In this document: piece by piece, positions 41,379 to 50,504 of the stretch
Position numbering within the stretch: position 1 is the first letter of the stretch
Layout of the letters: the number at the start of each line of letters is the position of its first letter
Assembly (NCBI GenBank): GCA_965205025.1
Contig: CBDBFU010000007.1
Location: 166,705-230,704 of the forward strand
Length of the DNA stretch: 64,000 nucleotides
Direction: 5' to 3'
Source of the DNA: Candidatus Poribacteria bacterium
GTDB lineage: Bacteria > Poribacteria > WGA-4E > WGA-3G
Translations under genes and position numbers: made by a program
Notes under the pieces: generated by a model
Databases searched by the model: none
Seen by the model: only the letters and a program-made list of their open reading frames with translations
What the model was told of the DNA's origin: nothing

Positions 41379-41715
41379 TTCTCCGCGTAATCCGCGTAAT
41401 CCGTGTAATCCGAGATTCAGAAACCGTTTTCTACACACCTTTCGCCCCGCTGGGGCTTTTACTGGAAGGTTCAACGTTTTCTACACACCTTTCGCCCCGC
41501 TGGGGTTCAATTATGTGGGTATACACGTTTTCTATAGACATTCCGTCCCTACGGGACTAACCCTCTTCTCCACGTAATCCGCGCAATCCGTGTAATCCGC
41601 GATTCAGACAACCAAACCCCTCTTCTCCGCCTAATCCGCCTAATCCGCCTAATCCGCGATTCAGACAACCAAACCCCTCTTCTCCGCGTAATCCGCCTAA
41701 TCCGCGATTCTGACA
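41379..41715 (+). repeat. Composite repeat block (9-bp repeats plus REPs), left direct repeat of the Rpn cassette
   Basis: 41379-41613 matches 42990-44486 once the insertion 43102-44377 is removed. Confidence 0.85.
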
Positions 41716-41802
41716 ATCAACTAAAAACAACTTAACTTGACAACACACAACCCCAGAATATATAATAAATAAAAGATTATCGGGAAAGGTAAAACACTTT
41801 AC

Positions 41803-42684
41803 ATGGCACAATACGATGAAATCGTGAAGCACTTGATGGACAGGTTTGCCGATGACTTTGCCATGTTATCCTTTGCTACATCCGATGTCGAAGTTATAGA
41901 GACACTTGACACGGAACAACAAACCGTAAAAGTCCATCGTAACGACATGACATTTAAGGTACGATGGCACAATGAAACAGTACTACTTCATATAGAAGTA
42001 CAAACCCAAGACAGTCGAGATAAACCGATGCCGTTGCGTGTTCTCGCGTATGCTGCTGAACTTCTACTACGGTATGAACTTCCTGTCTATTCAGTCGTAC
42101 TCTATTTAAGTGCAAACGCCGGACAAACGGATCCAGGTGGCTATAGTTATGGGGATGAGACGTTCGGTTTACAGCACAAATATCAGGTTATTCGATTGGC
42201 AGAATTAGAAGGTGAATCATTTTTAGATGCAGCATCGGTTGGTTTGTTACCGTTCACACCCTTAATGAAACCACCTGAAGACTTGAACACGGAAGCATGG
42301 CTTCAAAAATGTGTTGAAACGACAGAATCCGCCCAGGTTGACTCACAGACGCGTGGCACACTACTGTTTGCCTTATCAACATTAGGTAGTTTAACCTATG
42401 ACGCTAATCTTTTTCAGAAACTCATATCGGAGGAAATGATGCAAGAATCTCCTTTTATAGAACTCATAATGCAGCGCTATATAGAACAAGGTTCACGTGA
42501 AATGTCTGTTAAACATATACTGTCAATCCTTACTGAGCGTTTTCCGTTGAGTGATACGGAACCTGTAGCAGAAGTCCTTGAACCTATTCAAGACCTTGAT
42601 CGCTTAACAGAACTGCATCGCATTGCGGTTCGAACATCCAGCGTTGAAACATTTCTACAAGAAGTAGAAACATCCGAAGAATAA
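41803..42684 (+). CDS. Rpn/YhgA-like PD-(D/E)xK nuclease (putative transposase family)
   Basis: YD...K.L, R.D, HIEVQT..D..MPLR...Y, PVYSVVLYL, LLPFTPLM, M.ESP...I...IEQG. Confidence 0.8.
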   Translation: MAQYDEIVKHLMDRFADDFAMLSFATSDVEVIETLDTEQQTVKVHRNDMTFKVRWHNETVLLHIEVQTQDSRDKPMPLRVLAYAAELLLRYELPVYSVVLYLSANAGQTDPGGYSYGDETFGLQHKYQVIRLAELEGESFLDAASVGLLPFTPLMKPPEDLNTEAWLQKCVETTESAQVDSQTRGTLLFALSTLGSLTYDANLFQKLISEEMMQESPFIELIMQRYIEQGSREMSVKHILSILTERFPLSDTEPVAEVLEPIQDLDRLTELHRIAVRTSSVETFLQEVETSEE

Positions 42685-42689
42685 AGGTA

Positions 42690-42938
42690 ATGATGCAAGA
42701 ATCTCCTTTTATAGAACTCATAATGCAGCGCGGCATAGAACAAGGTTCACTTGAAAACTGTATCAAGAATATTCTATCTGTTCTTACTGAGCGCTTTCCG
42801 TTGAGTGATACGGAACCTGTAGCAGAAGTCCTTGAACCTATTCAAGACCTTGATCGCTTAACAAAACTGCATCGCATTGCGGTTCGAACATCCAGCGTTG
42901 AAACATTTCTACAAGAAGTAGAAGCATCCGAAGAATAA
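42690..42938 (+). CDS. Stand-alone duplicate of the Rpn C-terminal module (putative RpnS-like antitoxin)
   Basis: 249-bp near-copy of 42436-42684 with its own AAAGGT-like RBS. Confidence 0.72.
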   Translation: MMQESPFIELIMQRGIEQGSLENCIKNILSVLTERFPLSDTEPVAEVLEPIQDLDRLTKLHRIAVRTSSVETFLQEVEASEE

Positions 42939-43123
42939 AAACTTCAGATTAACCCTTGTTGATATGGCATTCCCCCGGGGCTAACCCTCTTCTCCGTGTA
43001 ATCCGCGTAATCCGCGATTCAGAATACGTTTCTACACACCTTTCGCCCCGCTGGGGCTTTTACTGGAAGGTTCAACGTTTTCTACACACCTTTCGCCCCT
43101 CGAATCAACGGTATGAATGCCAT

Positions 43124-44364
43124 ATGAAGATTAATTTTTTAATTCGGTAAATTTTATTTTTGTGCTATCCTCTTGTTCAAGGAGGTATTTATTCATGGCA
43201 AAACATCATAAACTTGAACTCAGTGAAACTGAACGACAAAAACTCGTTGAACTCCGTGATAAAGGCGAACCGGCTTATCTACGAGAACGCGCTGCTGCCC
43301 TTTTGAAAATAAGCGAGGGGTTTTCCCCTCACAAAGTCGCCCGAAAAATGCTCTTGAAAGAACGCGATCCTGATACGGTCTATTCGTGGCTTCACCGATA
43401 CAATGAAAACGGTATTCAAGGTTTATTCTATACACCCGGTCGTGGTCGCAAACCTGCTTATTCCCCTAAATCCCCCGAAGAAGCAGAGGCGGAGGTCTAT
43501 AATACTATCGCACAGGGACCTGAACAACATAATCCGCATCAAACACGATGGACACTCCGATCCCTTGGAAACATCGTCCCTTGGCTCAGTGATGTGTCTG
43601 TGCCGGGTATTCACAAAATCCTTAGTCGACTCGGTCTCAGCTATAAACGCGCTCGCTTATACATACATAGTCCGGATACAGACTATGCCCAAAAAATAGA
43701 CAGGGTCCAGCAAGTTTTGGAAGAGACCCGTCAACATCCACAGACCTGTGTTGCGCTTTACCAAGATGAGTTCTCGTTTTATCGCAACCCTACCATAGCA
43801 AAAGACTGGGCACAAACAGGCACGAAAACACCTTTAGCCCGTCAGAGCTACAGACACAACCAAACGTGCTATGGGATCGGGGCTCTGAACCCACATACTG
43901 GAGATGTTGTTTACCAGCAAGTTTCACGCTGCACTGCTGAAGCACTTCATTCTTTTTACACCGAGATTTGCCAACGCTACGCAAACAAGCAACGGATATA
44001 TTTGATACAAGACAATTGGTCAACCCACTTTCAAGCTAACTTATTGGAAGCACTTCTCCCGCAAACAGCATCGTTTGTGAAACCGAAGCCACCGAATTGG
44101 ACAGGTAAACCCTCAGAGAAAATCGGAACACTACAAAAACTTCCGATTGAGATAATACAACTACCGACTTATGCGCCGTGGACGAACCCGATTGAAAAGT
44201 TATGGCGATGGGTGCGTCAATCGGTTTTACATAACCATCGTCATTGCGATGATTGGGAAATCGTGAAAGACAAGGTGATTAGTTTTATGTCGCAGTTCAT
44301 AGGAGGATCACAGATGCTGCTACGCCAGATCGGATTATTACCGAATTAAAAAATTAATCTTCAT
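43124..44364 (+). mobile_element. IS630-family insertion sequence (1241 bp)
   Basis: Perfect 27-bp TIR ATGAAGATTAATTTTTTAATTCGGTAA; single transposase ORF. Confidence 0.92.
43195..44349 (+). CDS. IS630-family DDE transposase
   Basis: HTH, GRGRKP, RWT, YQDE, IQDN, LPTYAPWTNPIEKLW; AGGAGG RBS. Confidence 0.93.
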   Translation: MAKHHKLELSETERQKLVELRDKGEPAYLRERAAALLKISEGFSPHKVARKMLLKERDPDTVYSWLHRYNENGIQGLFYTPGRGRKPAYSPKSPEEAEAEVYNTIAQGPEQHNPHQTRWTLRSLGNIVPWLSDVSVPGIHKILSRLGLSYKRARLYIHSPDTDYAQKIDRVQQVLEETRQHPQTCVALYQDEFSFYRNPTIAKDWAQTGTKTPLARQSYRHNQTCYGIGALNPHTGDVVYQQVSRCTAEALHSFYTEICQRYANKQRIYLIQDNWSTHFQANLLEALLPQTASFVKPKPPNWTGKPSEKIGTLQKLPIEIIQLPTYAPWTNPIEKLWRWVRQSVLHNHRHCDDWEIVKDKVISFMSQFIGGSQMLLRQIGLLPN

Positions 44365-44491
44365 TAGGCATTCCCCGGGGCTCAATTATGGGTATACACG
44401 TTTTCTATAGACATTCCGTCCCTACGGGACTAACACTCTTCTCCGCGTAATCCGTGTAATCCGTGTAATCCGAGATTCAGACAACCCATCC

Positions 44492-45754
44492 TTACAGAAT
44501 AACAAACTCCAAATATTGATGTGCTTCACGTAAAGTTTCTTCAACAACTCCAGGTGTTTCACCACGAGCAAAGATAAAACCAAGATATTTATCACCCTCT
44601 GGCAACGGCACCACCTCTGCACCAACAGAAATTGTAATATTGACTTCCTCAATATTCTCAACGTTCCGTGCCTCTTTTTTTCCACGTACTTCACCCAAAA
44701 TCCCTGCTTTCGGAACAGGAATCATCATCACTCCAGCAGCTTGATTCTCACGTAAAAAAGAGTCTACAGAGTCTCCAATTGCATGTCGGATCACCAGTTC
44801 TTCAAGTGAAATACCCGTTCCAAATTTCAATGTACGAGAACAGAGTCCCCCAATCGTCCGTGCTGCAATTTCAATTAGATGTGCCCCCTTCTCGTTATAC
44901 CTCAGTTCCGCATGAATAGGACCGTGTCGAAGTCCTAACGCGGTAGTAGCTTCTGCAGTTGCCTTATGGATTTCCTCTAATACATTATCTGGTAATCGAG
45001 ACGGTGTAATATATAAGGTTTCCTCAAAAAAGGGACCCTCAAGTGGATCCGGTTTATCAAATAAAGCCAGTGTCTTCAATTCATCTGAAATGAGAATACC
45101 TTCCAATGCCACCTCAATACCAGGGATGTAATCTTCAACAAGGATATATTGATACGGATCATCATCGGCATCAGTGCCTCTTGACCCTTTCACTTTCTTG
45201 AGTAGTGCTGTTATACGTTGGAAAGCGTCCACAAATTCGGTAGGATTATCTGCTCGTATGACTCCACGACTTGCAGACAAAGACAGCGGTTTTAATATAC
45301 AAGGATAATCGATCTCTCGACTATGCTTTTCCGCGTCACCATCAATCAAGAGTCGTCTGTAATTTGGTACAGAAACACCCTTCTCCTCAAGAGTTTGTCT
45401 TAAAAGGAATTTATTACGTGTTGCAAATGCAGATGAAATTGGGTTATGTGGTAAACCGAGGGCAGCGGATGCTGTGGTTGCAAGCATGGTAGTATCGTCA
45501 TCAACACCAATAATTGCTGCAATTGGATGCGTATCTGCGTATTCTTGAATAGATTGTGTTCCGACAGTTGGATCACGAAAGTTAAGAACTAACGTGTCAC
45601 GAGGTGAGAGATCTTTTGTTGTGGCAGGCTCCTCGGATGCAACAACAACTTCAACATCAAGATTCAATGCAGCATCAAGAAAATCTGTTGCTCGGTATGT
45701 ACGTGTCGGTAAAAGCAGGAGAACTCTTGGTTGGGTTATGGTTTCCTGTGTCAT
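44492..45754 (-). CDS. ATP-grasp domain ligase
   Basis: RNK, YP.ILKP..LSASRGVIR, VEDYIPG.E, HAELR, IEIAAR. Confidence 0.88.
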   Translation of the reverse strand: MTQETITQPRVLLLLPTRTYRATDFLDAALNLDVEVVVASEEPATTKDLSPRDTLVLNFRDPTVGTQSIQEYADTHPIAAIIGVDDDTTMLATTASAALGLPHNPISSAFATRNKFLLRQTLEEKGVSVPNYRRLLIDGDAEKHSREIDYPCILKPLSLSASRGVIRADNPTEFVDAFQRITALLKKVKGSRGTDADDDPYQYILVEDYIPGIEVALEGILISDELKTLALFDKPDPLEGPFFEETLYITPSRLPDNVLEEIHKATAEATTALGLRHGPIHAELRYNEKGAHLIEIAARTIGGLCSRTLKFGTGISLEELVIRHAIGDSVDSFLRENQAAGVMMIPVPKAGILGEVRGKKEARNVENIEEVNITISVGAEVVPLPEGDKYLGFIFARGETPGVVEETLREAHQYLEFVIL

Positions 45755-45755
45755 A

Positions 45756-45878
45756 AAGGACTTACGCATTTCATCTTATAGTCCCCCTGATAAGGGGGAT
45801 TTAGGGGGTTAAAACACTGAAATGACGGTTTTTTTAAATCAAATTTTACCTTTTTCTGCTTAAGTTGCGTAAGTCCTG
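45756..45878. mobile_element. MITE, CAGGACTTACGCA family
   Basis: Reverse-complement near-copy of 20652-20773. Confidence 0.8.
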
Positions 45879-45886
45879 TTAATATA

Positions 45887-46840
45887 TTATCCGCTGGTTC
45901 GGAGTAGTTTTTGATATTCAGCATGTGCTGTTTGCGGATCAAGGTCACCGTCAAGTACACGACGAAGGCATTGCACAAATATAACCGGATCATCTTCGCC
46001 AAAAATTGTTCGACCAAACAGGATGGCAAGTCCACCATTTTCAACAACGTTATGAGCAAGAACAAGTGTACTACGTGCATTTTCACGAGGACCACCCAAT
46101 GCACCTATCACAAGCGTCTGATCAAATTGACACAACTCATTCCATACATCTGCGGTTGTGTAGGCTGTCTTAATAAAACGGGGGCGTTGATGTTTTCGGA
46201 GATAACTCATTGTACGGACAATAGAATCTGCGACGTACATCCCACGCTTCTCCTCATCCATGCCTGGTATTTTCACATTAGGTAAGAACACCTCTAACAG
46301 ATGATCAAATCCTTCAATTTCCCCAACGACATGTGCAAATTGAACATAGGCTTGCAACATCCTCTCATCAACAATCGGATCGTTATTGAGAGTAATTGAA
46401 TATAATCCGAGATTTACGCGACAGTCCAGTGCAGGACCAACAAGATTTTCACAATAACGCTGCATGTCCTCGGGAAATACCGTTTGGAAAGGCATTGAGG
46501 GTCGAGAAGTGTAAACACCAAAACGTGGATTCCAAATAGCCGTTTCTGAATTCATTCTGACTATTGGGGTGATAGGTGTATTCTCAAAGAGATTTTCATC
46601 AAGTGCAAGAATTTCCGCATCCGCAGGTGTCATCAGGAGTCCATCAAGCAACCCATCATCAACAAGATCGCGTTGAAGTTGTAAAAACTCCGCATGTGTA
46701 CGGTAATGTGGTATAGGGTGTTGAACTTGTCCAAGTCCCTTTATTCCAGCGGAGGCAAGTGGGTCAGCAGCGAAGACGAGAATAGGACTCTCTTCTATTT
46801 TGTCAGAATTATCAAGTTTTTCAAATATCCGGTTGCCCAT
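45887..46840 (-). CDS. Putative class I aldolase-like TIM-barrel protein
   Basis: L.FAAD, LLEVF, FIKTAY (candidate Schiff-base Lys), LGGP, FGR.IF. Confidence 0.6.
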   Translation of the reverse strand: MGNRIFEKLDNSDKIEESPILVFAADPLASAGIKGLGQVQHPIPHYRTHAEFLQLQRDLVDDGLLDGLLMTPADAEILALDENLFENTPITPIVRMNSETAIWNPRFGVYTSRPSMPFQTVFPEDMQRYCENLVGPALDCRVNLGLYSITLNNDPIVDERMLQAYVQFAHVVGEIEGFDHLLEVFLPNVKIPGMDEEKRGMYVADSIVRTMSYLRKHQRPRFIKTAYTTADVWNELCQFDQTLVIGALGGPRENARSTLVLAHNVVENGGLAILFGRTIFGEDDPVIFVQCLRRVLDGDLDPQTAHAEYQKLLRTSG

Positions 46841-46914
46841 ATATAATTAATTCCTTTAATCTATGTGAGTACTCTACTGGGAATCCTTTCATCCCGACTC
46901 TACGGTTTATAATA

Positions 46915-49431
46915 TTACAAAGTATTCGTTGGGTCAATATCAATAACAAATTCAATAGCGGTTGCCCTTATTTGCGGTGGCAGATCATCCGTTAACAGTT
47001 GAAAAAGTCCACATATTTTCTCTACTTTCTTACTTCTCAGTAGAAAGTGCCATCGAAACTTCCCCTCAATTTTAGATAGTGGTGCAGGTGCCGGACCTAA
47101 AATATCAACCTCTGGAAATTTCTCTTTTTTCCATATTTGGAGATGGTTATCAACTGTGTGTGCAGCCTCAATTACCTCTTGTTCCTCTTTTCCACGAAGT
47201 AGGAGCGTGGCAACATGTGAGAATGGGGGGTATTGCAAGGATCTACGCGATTCAATCTCTTGTTCATAGAAATTGATGTAGTCATGATTTTGTGCAGCTA
47301 AGATACAGTAATGGTCTGGCATGTATGTTTGTATGATAACTTCCCCTTCCGCATCAGCACGTCCTGAGCGTCCCGCAACTTGCGTCAGTAAACTAAAAGT
47401 CTGTTCACCCGCTCTGAAATCAGGAAGATTCAATGCAGTATCAGCGACAATCACCCCTACAAGCGTTACATTCGGAAAATCCAATCCTTTAGAAACCATC
47501 TGCGTACCAATCAAAATATCAATTTCCTGATTTTGGAATGCAGTCAAAATCTGATGATGTGAATCTTTTCGTGTCGTCGTATCCGCATCAAATCTCTGGA
47601 CTTTCGCAGTGGGAAATGCCTTGATTACCTCTTGCTCAACAGATTCTGTACCGAACCCTTTTCGACCAAAATAATCTATGGCTGTACTACTACAATCCGG
47701 ACATACGGAATGTGTATCACGACTATGTCCACAATGATGACAGATTAACTGCTTCTTCTGAAGATGATATGTCAGCGAAATTGAACAATTTGTACATCTC
47801 TCAACATACCCACATGTTCTACAGAAAACATAGGTGGAATAACCACGCCTATTTAAAAAAAGAATAATCTGTTGCCGTTTTTCTAATCGTTCAGTAATAG
47901 CCTCTCTTAAATGTGTAGAGAAGATAGTACGGTTTCCTTCCTCCAATTCCTTCCGCATATCTACGATATGAACTATCGGCATCTTCCTATCCAAAACACG
48001 TGTCGGCATGCTAAGGAGTTGATAGGAGCTATTGTGCGAATTGTAAAAACTCTCAAGCGATGGCGTAGCACTCCCTAACACTAAGGCACAATTGGCAAGA
48101 TGTGTCCGTTTTCTGGCGACTTCTCTTGCGTGATATCGGGGGTTTGTGTCTGATTTATAGGAATCCGAATGTTCTTCATCAATGATCAACAAGCCAAGAT
48201 CCTTCACTGGCGCAAACACCGCAGAACGGGGACCAATCACGATCCTCGCATCACCTTTCTGTATCCGATGCCATTGATCATATCGTTCGCCTTCACTGAG
48301 ACTGCTGTGCAGGATCGCAACCCGATCACCGAACCTACCAATAAAACGCGATGCCGTCTGTGGGGTAAGGGATATCTCTGGTACAAGCACAATCACAGAT
48401 TTACCTTTTTCAAGAATTGGCGCAATTACCTGCATATACACTTCGGTTTTACCACTACCGGTTACACCGTGTAGTAAAAACGTAGGTTGAGTTTGTTTTT
48501 CAGATTGAAGCTGGTCCTGTATTTCTGTGTAGGCTGCTAACTGTGTGGGATTTAATGTAATTGGGTCTGTAGGAGTAACAGGTTGTGCACTCAACGGATT
48601 ACGAATAGAGGATTCCTTGGTAATCTTTATAAAACCCCGTCTTTCAAGAGTACGGAGCAAGGACTGACTGGTATTGAATCGTTTTGTCAATTCAGCTGTG
48701 GCTATAGGTTTACCCACCTCAAGTAGGTTTTGGAGTATCTCAGCATGTTTAAGGGAGGCAGCGTGGGGAACTTTCTTCTCTTGATCAACGGTTTTATTTC
48801 CATAACCATCATCACCAGTGGTCAATTTATCAATTTCAGACTTTATTTGGTCCTGTGGTAAGATTAATGATGCTACTGATGTGTACTGTGCAGTTGCCTT
48901 CGGTTTATGGATAATAATAACATCTACAATGCCTTTCTGTCTAAGAGCTTTTATTTTTGGACGTAGACTTGTGATACTGATTCCCATTCGACGGACAATC
49001 TGAGTCGGAGACAATTCCCCTTCCGCTTCTAACAGAGCCACAATTTCCTTTTGCACTTTGCCAATTGGAGGTGTATATTCTGAACGGAGACGTACTTTCT
49101 GTTTCTTCTGGTTCCGAATTGATGCTGGAACGGCACAGAACAGAGCGTTCCCCCAAGATGTTAGATAATAATCCGCCATCCATTTGGTGAGTTCAAGTAT
49201 TTCAGGAGAGAAGGTAGGTACATCATCAAGACAATCGGAGATATTCTTTACTTTTTCAGATGACAAATCTGTTACATCTGTCCGCTCTACAACAACACCC
49301 TCCTTATTCCCTTCATGAAATGAAGCTAATATACGCACTCCCGGTTGGACGACAGAATCAAGATGTTCAGGTACAGAGTAGGTAAACAACTGATTGACTG
49401 CAATTGGAAAAGCAACATTCGCGTAACTCAT
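46915..49431 (-). CDS. priA: Primosomal protein N'
   Basis: GVTGSGKTEVY, LVPEISLTPQ, DEEH, CxxC zinc motifs, GTQMVSKGLDF, QVAGRSGR. Confidence 0.96.
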   Translation of the reverse strand: MSYANVAFPIAVNQLFTYSVPEHLDSVVQPGVRILASFHEGNKEGVVVERTDVTDLSSEKVKNISDCLDDVPTFSPEILELTKWMADYYLTSWGNALFCAVPASIRNQKKQKVRLRSEYTPPIGKVQKEIVALLEAEGELSPTQIVRRMGISITSLRPKIKALRQKGIVDVIIIHKPKATAQYTSVASLILPQDQIKSEIDKLTTGDDGYGNKTVDQEKKVPHAASLKHAEILQNLLEVGKPIATAELTKRFNTSQSLLRTLERRGFIKITKESSIRNPLSAQPVTPTDPITLNPTQLAAYTEIQDQLQSEKQTQPTFLLHGVTGSGKTEVYMQVIAPILEKGKSVIVLVPEISLTPQTASRFIGRFGDRVAILHSSLSEGERYDQWHRIQKGDARIVIGPRSAVFAPVKDLGLLIIDEEHSDSYKSDTNPRYHAREVARKRTHLANCALVLGSATPSLESFYNSHNSSYQLLSMPTRVLDRKMPIVHIVDMRKELEEGNRTIFSTHLREAITERLEKRQQIILFLNRRGYSTYVFCRTCGYVERCTNCSISLTYHLQKKQLICHHCGHSRDTHSVCPDCSSTAIDYFGRKGFGTESVEQEVIKAFPTAKVQRFDADTTTRKDSHHQILTAFQNQEIDILIGTQMVSKGLDFPNVTLVGVIVADTALNLPDFRAGEQTFSLLTQVAGRSGRADAEGEVIIQTYMPDHYCILAAQNHDYINFYEQEIESRRSLQYPPFSHVATLLLRGKEEQEVIEAAHTVDNHLQIWKKEKFPEVDILGPAPAPLSKIEGKFRWHFLLRSKKVEKICGLFQLLTDDLPPQIRATAIEFVIDIDPTNTL

Positions 49432-49457
49432 TGGTAGAATACCCAATTAGTTGGTAA

Positions 49458-49727
49458 TACCATTTCTATATGATAATATTACATTATTTCGTAGGTCGGG
49501 TAGAAGCGGTAGCGAAACCCGACTTTTTATAGTGCCCTGAAGATAGTCTTTGTAGCACAAACTTTCCAGTTTGTGCCCTCTGGTGTTAACTAAAAGTACG
49601 GGTTACAATGTGTCTTATCAAACTCACGTTATTTATAGTGAAATTCCAAAATATGTTTACACTCACCTTGTAGGTGCGGTTTCTAACCGCACGATGAACA
49701 CAGGTTCGGTTAGGAAACCGAACCTAC
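49458..49727. repeat. TACC-MITE left end plus four GTAG-type REP hairpins
   Basis: GTAGGTCGGG..CCCGAC (49491), GTAGCACAAAC..GTTTGTGC (49552), GTAGGTGCGGTT..AACCGCAC (49670), GGTTCGGTT..AACCGAACCTAC (49703). Confidence 0.75.
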
Positions 49728-49774
49728 CGCCCTATCCAAATAATTATGGATTCTACTATAAAGGAACAAATCCA

Positions 49775-50482
49775 TTAATCGTTTGATAAACACGCAAGAA
49801 CTATTTTCATATCTTCCCAGACTTCTCTCTTAGCACCTGGATTACGTAAAAGATATGCGGGATGATAGGTAGGCATTACCTTTGGCGGATTCTCAAGGTT
49901 ATCAGACAATGTATATGGATGTAGTTGTCCCCGGAGTGCAGATATATTCGTGGTTGTATTTAATACGGTTTTTGCTGCGAAACTACCGAGTGCTACCATA
50001 ACTTTGGGTTGGATAAGTTCTATCTGTCGAATTAGATACGGACTACAAGTCTCAACTTCATCTGGTGCAGGATTTCTATTGCCGGGAGGACGACATTTCA
50101 GAACATTAGCAATATAGACTTCCTCACGTTTTAGTTTCATCCCATCTTCAATTATTTTCGTCAACAATTTACCGGCTCTACCAACAAATGGTTCACCTTG
50201 TAAATCTTCATCTGCACCAGGAGCTTCGCCAACAAACATCAACTCAGCATCCGGATTACCAACACCAAATACTACGTTAGTTCTACCTTCGTGTAAACCA
50301 CATTTCGTACAACTTTGCGCATCAGCGTCCAAAGTGGGTAAATCAAATCTCGCTAATCCTGATTCTGGCTCAGATTGCTTTATCTCTATCTCACTAAGAC
50401 CCAATTCAAGTTGTTCTGCCACGTGTTCCCTCACAAGTGTAACGAGTTGAAGATATTCTTCTTTTGGGTTATCCGTTGCCAT
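49775..50482 (-). CDS. Uracil-DNA glycosylase, family 4
   Basis: [37 protein letters not shown]. Confidence 0.93.
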   Translation of the reverse strand: MATDNPKEEYLQLVTLVREHVAEQLELGLSEIEIKQSEPESGLARFDLPTLDADAQSCTKCGLHEGRTNVVFGVGNPDAELMFVGEAPGADEDLQGEPFVGRAGKLLTKIIEDGMKLKREEVYIANVLKCRPPGNRNPAPDEVETCSPYLIRQIELIQPKVMVALGSFAAKTVLNTTTNISALRGQLHPYTLSDNLENPPKVMPTYHPAYLLRNPGAKREVWEDMKIVLACLSND

Positions 50483-50504
50483 TAGCGAACCTTTGTCTGA
50501 TATC

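Noticed and set aside
42436-42938. Diversity-generating retroelement VR/TR pair
   Set aside because: Differences between copies are not restricted to adenines, include synonymous changes, and no reverse transcriptase is present in the window
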